From positions 1 through 61,212 of the forward strand of contig JAGRAO010000001.1 in the NCBI GenBank assembly GCA_020434565.1: DNA of 61,212 bases, read 5' to 3'. The notes beneath the pieces were generated by a model that worked only from the letters and a program-made list of their open reading frames with translations, was not told the origin of the DNA and did not search any database. This document shows positions 57,660 to 61,212 of this stretch, piece after piece. Source of the stretch: Bdellovibrionales bacterium (GTDB taxonomy: Bacteria > Bdellovibrionota_C > UBA2361 > RFPC01). The translations under genes were made by a program, and so were the position numbers. Numbering within the stretch: position 1 is the stretch's first letter; each line of letters opens with the position of its first letter.

Positions 57660-58061
57660 TCAAGAGTGAGCAGTGAGAAATTTTTCAAGTTTAGCGGTAG
57701 TTTCTCCGCTTATCAGATGTTCAGTCTTGCATGCATCAATCTCAGCCTGTTCTGGATCTACTTTCAACACATTTACCAGGAAATCAAAAAAGACTTTCTT
57801 TCGCTTTAACACGGCGCTTGCTAGCTGAGCACCCTCATCCGACAAATCGAGAAAGCGATTGTCGTCTTCTATGAGGAGCCCCTTGTTCTTCAAGCTCTTG
57901 AGGTTCGTAGAAGCACTCCCGGTTGTGATGTTGAGATATCGCGCTACATCAGTAACTCGTGCATATCCACGGGTTTCACGGAGGTCTTTTACCGCTAACA
58001 GATGATGAGCGGCGCTGTGAGTTATGTTGTTCTCTTCAAATTTTTTCCAAACGTCTTCCAT
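57660..58061 (-). CDS. DtxR/MntR-family transcriptional regulator (short, MntR-length form)
   Basis: The winged-HTH region is RGYARVTDVARYLNITTGSASTNLKSLKNKGLL, followed by a dimerisation helix region. The start is set at MEDVWKK (ATG 58061). Length is 133 aa. Confidence 0.75.
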   Translation of the reverse strand: MEDVWKKFEENNITHSAAHHLLAVKDLRETRGYARVTDVARYLNITTGSASTNLKSLKNKGLLIEDDNRFLDLSDEGAQLASAVLKRKKVFFDFLVNVLKVDPEQAEIDACKTEHLISGETTAKLEKFLTAHS

Positions 58062-58221
58062 ATCGACACTCCTGCTTATTCCCCTTTTTAAATGTGCCCG
58101 AGCGGAAACAAGTACCAAGCTTCAGTCGGTGAACGCCTCCTGTGAACGACAGGGCGCAATGAGGCACTTCCCCAAAAAAGCCACGTAAAAAAGAGGCTCG
58201 TTCAAAACAAAAAGCATTTGT

Positions 58222-58310
58222 TTTGGCTATTAAAACAGCTAGGAGAATAGCCAAACTCGTCAACAAAAGGAAGAGTTTGGCTAGTAAAGGAAAAGTATTT
58301 TATGCCAAAT
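58222..58310. promoter_or_regulatory. Array of four alternating TTTGGCTA / TAGCCAAA motifs (candidate operator)
   Basis: The four motifs are TTTGGCTATT (58222-58231), AATAGCCAAACTC (58246-58258), GAGTTTGGCTA (58273-58283) and a degenerate TATGCCAAA (58302-58310). The spacers between the first three arms are exactly 14 nt. Confidence 0.55.
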
Positions 58311-58419
58311 TTTATCTATTTGATATGCCGAGAAGCTGTTTTGGTCTCAAAAGCACCTCTTCTCTCTTGGCTTTACTCGCGAGAGGCAACCTTTCATCCT
58401 GCGACACACTAGTGAATAA

Positions 58420-59253
58420 TTGACGATCGTGAGCGCTAAAATCTTCATCTTTGCCAGAGCAATCGTCTTTTTGTGGATGGTTGTCACCGGGGTATCAATC
58501 GCAATGGCGATTGAACAACCCACGAAAGAGCTTGAGCCGGTAAATCTTGAACCTCATCTCGGTCAGCAAGTAACTCTTGTTTCTTCCTTTGTCACCTCTA
58601 CCGGTCAAGCCGTTACAGTCGCTGATCTCTTTCTTGCTGGTAAGCCACTTTTGGTCATTCCGGCATACTACACTTGCCCGAGGCTGTGCGGGCTGGTCCT
58701 CACGGGGGTTGCCGAGGCCCTTTCGAAAGTAGGGCTTGAGGTCGGTACCGACTATAAAGTTATCACTGTGAGCTTTAATCCCAAAGATACTCCCGAAAAG
58801 GCCAAGAGAACTGCGGAGAAATACCGCGCGATGTACTCAGGCAAGGGAGACCCAACGGCCGGCTGGGAATTCCTCGTCGGAACCCAGGAAAATATTGACT
58901 CTCTTATGGGAGAACTCGGGTTTCGCTATATCGAAGATAAGAAAGAGTATGCTCACACTGCTGCTTTCATGATATTGACTCCTGACGGTCGAATTTCACA
59001 GTATTTCCCTGGGGTTCAGTTCCCTGAGCGGGATGTGAGGCTAGCTCTGGTAGAAGCGAGCGAGGGAACGATCGGTTCGTTCATCGATCAAGCGCTCCTC
59101 TTTTGCTTCCGTTTCGATCCGACCAAAGGTCGATACACTATGGTTGCCTTTAATGTCGTCCGGGCAGGGGGTGGAGTGACTCTCGTGTTGCTTGGAGGGT
59201 TAATGTTAATTCTCTGGCGGAGAGAGGCACGGAAGAAGAGAGGTGTTGTCTGA
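58420..59253 (+). CDS. SCO1/SenC-family copper chaperone (thioredoxin fold)
   Basis: CPRLC (CxxxC) sits in the context IPAYYTCPRLCGLVL, with a downstream His in YAHTAAF. There are N- and C-terminal TM segments. The start is uncertain (TTG 58420 or GTG 58429). Confidence 0.8.
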   Translation: MTIVSAKIFIFARAIVFLWMVVTGVSIAMAIEQPTKELEPVNLEPHLGQQVTLVSSFVTSTGQAVTVADLFLAGKPLLVIPAYYTCPRLCGLVLTGVAEALSKVGLEVGTDYKVITVSFNPKDTPEKAKRTAEKYRAMYSGKGDPTAGWEFLVGTQENIDSLMGELGFRYIEDKKEYAHTAAFMILTPDGRISQYFPGVQFPERDVRLALVEASEGTIGSFIDQALLFCFRFDPTKGRYTMVAFNVVRAGGGVTLVLLGGLMLILWRREARKKRGVV

Positions 59254-59330
59254 AGTCGTAGCAGATTCTAGGGAATCTGCTTGAAACCGGAAGTTGCTTG
59301 AAACAGGGTGCCCTAAAGTAAGGAGAAAGG

Positions 59331-60653
59331 ATGTTTCGTTTTTTGCCAGAGCAAGCCTCTGCGGTCGCACCAGAGGTTGATTGGTTGCACAACTGGATCA
59401 CTGATTTGTCGGTTTTTTTTACCGTTGCCATCTGTGGAGCGATGTTATGGTTTGCTCTCCGTTATCGGAAGCGCGGTGAACAGCACCATGAAACGCCGCG
59501 GATTGAGGGAAATAATCTCGCCGAAATTATCTGGACGGTAGTTCCAACGATAATCAGCATCTTTGTGGCGTACTACGGAGTCGTTATCTACTTCGATATG
59601 TATCGGATTCCACCGGGACAAGAGGCCGAAGTTGTCACGATCAATGCGACTGGGAAGAAATGGGACTGGAGCTTCCAATATGCAAATGGCAAAACAACAG
59701 CCGGAGAGTTTTATGTCCCTGTTAACCGGCCCGTTAAGGTCGTATTGACAGCGGTCGACGTTCTCCACAGCTTCTTTGTGCCAGCCATGCGAGTAAAACG
59801 AGATGCTGTTCCTGGCCAGTATTCTTCGGTTGTTTTTACCCCGGTAAAAACGGGTGTCTACAACACGTTCTGCACTGAGTATTGCGGTACAAATCACTCG
59901 GCGATGCTTGCGAAACTCCATGTCGTCTCTCAGGCAGAATATGATCGATGGCTTAACGACAGAACGGCTGATCTTGCAAAATTAACCATGACTCCTGAGC
60001 GACTTGGTAGAACACTTTACGGTGAGGGTGAGCTTGGTTGTAAACAGTGCCACAGTTTAAACGGTGCGGCAGGAATAGGGCCGACCTTCCTCAAGCTCTG
60101 GCAGAGTGAGCGTCACTTTGCAGATGGCACGACTGCCGTCGCTGATGAGAACTACATTCAGGAATCCATCCGATATCCCGGTAAGAAAGTTGTTCAGGGA
60201 TTTGCAAATGGAATTATGCCTGGCAATTTCGTCGATCTTCCACAAGACCAGATCTCAGCTCTGATCGCGTTTATTCAAGCGCAGGATGGTACTGCTCCAG
60301 TGGAAGAAGAGACCGAAGAAGAAGAAGATCAAGCGGTAGACCTTGAGAGTATGACTCCTGCCGAGCGAGGAGAGTATCTCTACGCTAACGCCAAACCAGC
60401 GGCGTGTGTGTCGTGTCACAGTATTGACGGAAGCAAAGTAGTTGGTCCGAGCTTCAAGGGCCTTTACGGTCGCCACGGTGAATTGGAAGATGGTTCGAGC
60501 TACGAAGCTGATGAGTCATACATTAAACACTCAATCCTTGAACCGCAGTCTCAGATCGTGAAGGGAATGCCGCCCGTGATGCCTTCGTATAAAGATGCTT
60601 TGTCAGAGGCGGATATAGAGGGAATCATCGCGTATATGAAAACGCTTCAGTAG
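59331..60653 (+). CDS. coxB: Cytochrome c oxidase subunit II fused to two c-type cytochrome domains
   Basis: Two N-terminal TM segments. The CuA site is HSFFVP...CTEYCGTNHSAM. Two CxxCH motifs (CKQCH, CVSCH) are separated by an acidic linker EEETEEEEDQ. Confidence 0.9.
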   Translation: MFRFLPEQASAVAPEVDWLHNWITDLSVFFTVAICGAMLWFALRYRKRGEQHHETPRIEGNNLAEIIWTVVPTIISIFVAYYGVVIYFDMYRIPPGQEAEVVTINATGKKWDWSFQYANGKTTAGEFYVPVNRPVKVVLTAVDVLHSFFVPAMRVKRDAVPGQYSSVVFTPVKTGVYNTFCTEYCGTNHSAMLAKLHVVSQAEYDRWLNDRTADLAKLTMTPERLGRTLYGEGELGCKQCHSLNGAAGIGPTFLKLWQSERHFADGTTAVADENYIQESIRYPGKKVVQGFANGIMPGNFVDLPQDQISALIAFIQAQDGTAPVEEETEEEEDQAVDLESMTPAERGEYLYANAKPAACVSCHSIDGSKVVGPSFKGLYGRHGELEDGSSYEADESYIKHSILEPQSQIVKGMPPVMPSYKDALSEADIEGIIAYMKTLQ

Positions 60654-60705
60654 AAGATTTCACCGAAGCGCTTTGAAGTATGAGAAAATTGGGGAACGAA
60701 ACGTT

Positions 60706-61212
60706 ATGACAAGCCATGCAGCGACTGCGGACTCAACCGCGAACTACCTCAATCATGAGAAAGGGATCTGGTCTTGGTTGGGAACAGTCGACCACAAGCG
60801 AATCGCTCTCATGTACCTCTTTACTATCACCACGTTCTTTATTGTTGGAGGATTGGCCGCCCTGACCATGCGTCTTGAACTGATGGCTCCGGGAGAGCAG
60901 CACATAGATGCGAATACCTATAATCAGCTCTTTACGCTGCACGGAGCGATAATGATTTTTCTGTTTATTGTGCCCGGTATCCCGGCAACGATGGGAAACT
61001 TTCTCCTTCCCTTGATGATAGGAGCAAAAGATGTGGCGTTTCCGAGATTAAATCTCGTGAGTTACTACGTCTACATAGTTGGTGCGATCATGGCCCTTCT
61101 TGCACTCATCAGCCCGATCGACACCGGTTGGACCTTCTACGCTCCCTACAGTATCCAGAGCGGAAAGGCGGTGATCCTTATGACCGGTGCCGCCTTCGTT
61201 CTTGGATTTTCT
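60706..61212 (+). CDS. coxA: Cytochrome c oxidase subunit I (5' part, truncated by the window end)
   Basis: Hand translation from ATG 60706 gives MTSHAATADSTANYLNHEKGIWSWLGTVDHKRIALMYL...FTLHGAIMIFLFIVPG...LPLMIGAKDVAFPRLN. The frame is open to the window edge. Confidence 0.9.
   Translation, partial: MTSHAATADSTANYLNHEKGIWSWLGTVDHKRIALMYLFTITTFFIVGGLAALTMRLELMAPGEQHIDANTYNQLFTLHGAIMIFLFIVPGIPATMGNFLLPLMIGAKDVAFPRLNLVSYYVYIVGAIMALLALISPIDTGWTFYAPYSIQSGKAVILMTGAAFVLGFS

Overview
The window is the chromosomal replication-origin neighbourhood of a Gram-negative aerobic bacterium. Gene content looks deltaproteobacteria/Bdellovibrionota-like, but the lineage cannot be fixed without a search. All family names come from reading motifs in the supplied translations; no HMM or BLAST search was possible.

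The backbone is housekeeping:
- dnaA-dnaN-recF-gyrB at 29.1-36.7 kb, with an unusually long dnaA-dnaN spacer that is the best oriC candidate.
- A split atpI-like/atpB/atpE cluster just upstream of dnaA.
- topA, mnmG, rnhA, trxB, a biotin carboxylase, glnA, glmU, an IDH1/2-like icd and rtcB.
- A SCO1-coxB-coxA oxidase locus at the 3' edge, and two tRNA genes at the 5' edge.
- No CRISPR array, transposase, integrase or phage genes were seen.

The least ordinary region is 52.2-56.9 kb. It is an orphan three-gene minus-strand module with no Flp pilin or secretion ATPase in the window:
- a TadE-like pseudopilin;
- a TadG-like vWA protein whose MIDAS motif is followed by a roughly 100-aa acidic insert;
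- a 505-aa protein with an Flp/TadE-type N-terminus fused to a roughly 310-aa domain carrying about 39 cysteines in repeated CxC/CxCxC clusters.

Secondary leads:
- an extended DUF1800 protein paired with a Tat-signal DUF1501 protein;
- a tight GT2/GGCT-like/TPR-membrane/RtcB/TerB gene string;
- an alternating TTTGGCTA operator-like array between an MntR-like regulator and the SCO1-cox operon;
- an ATP synthase c subunit with a signal-peptide-like extension and a Q...ES motif;
- a 16-bp tandem repeat across the rnhA stop codon.
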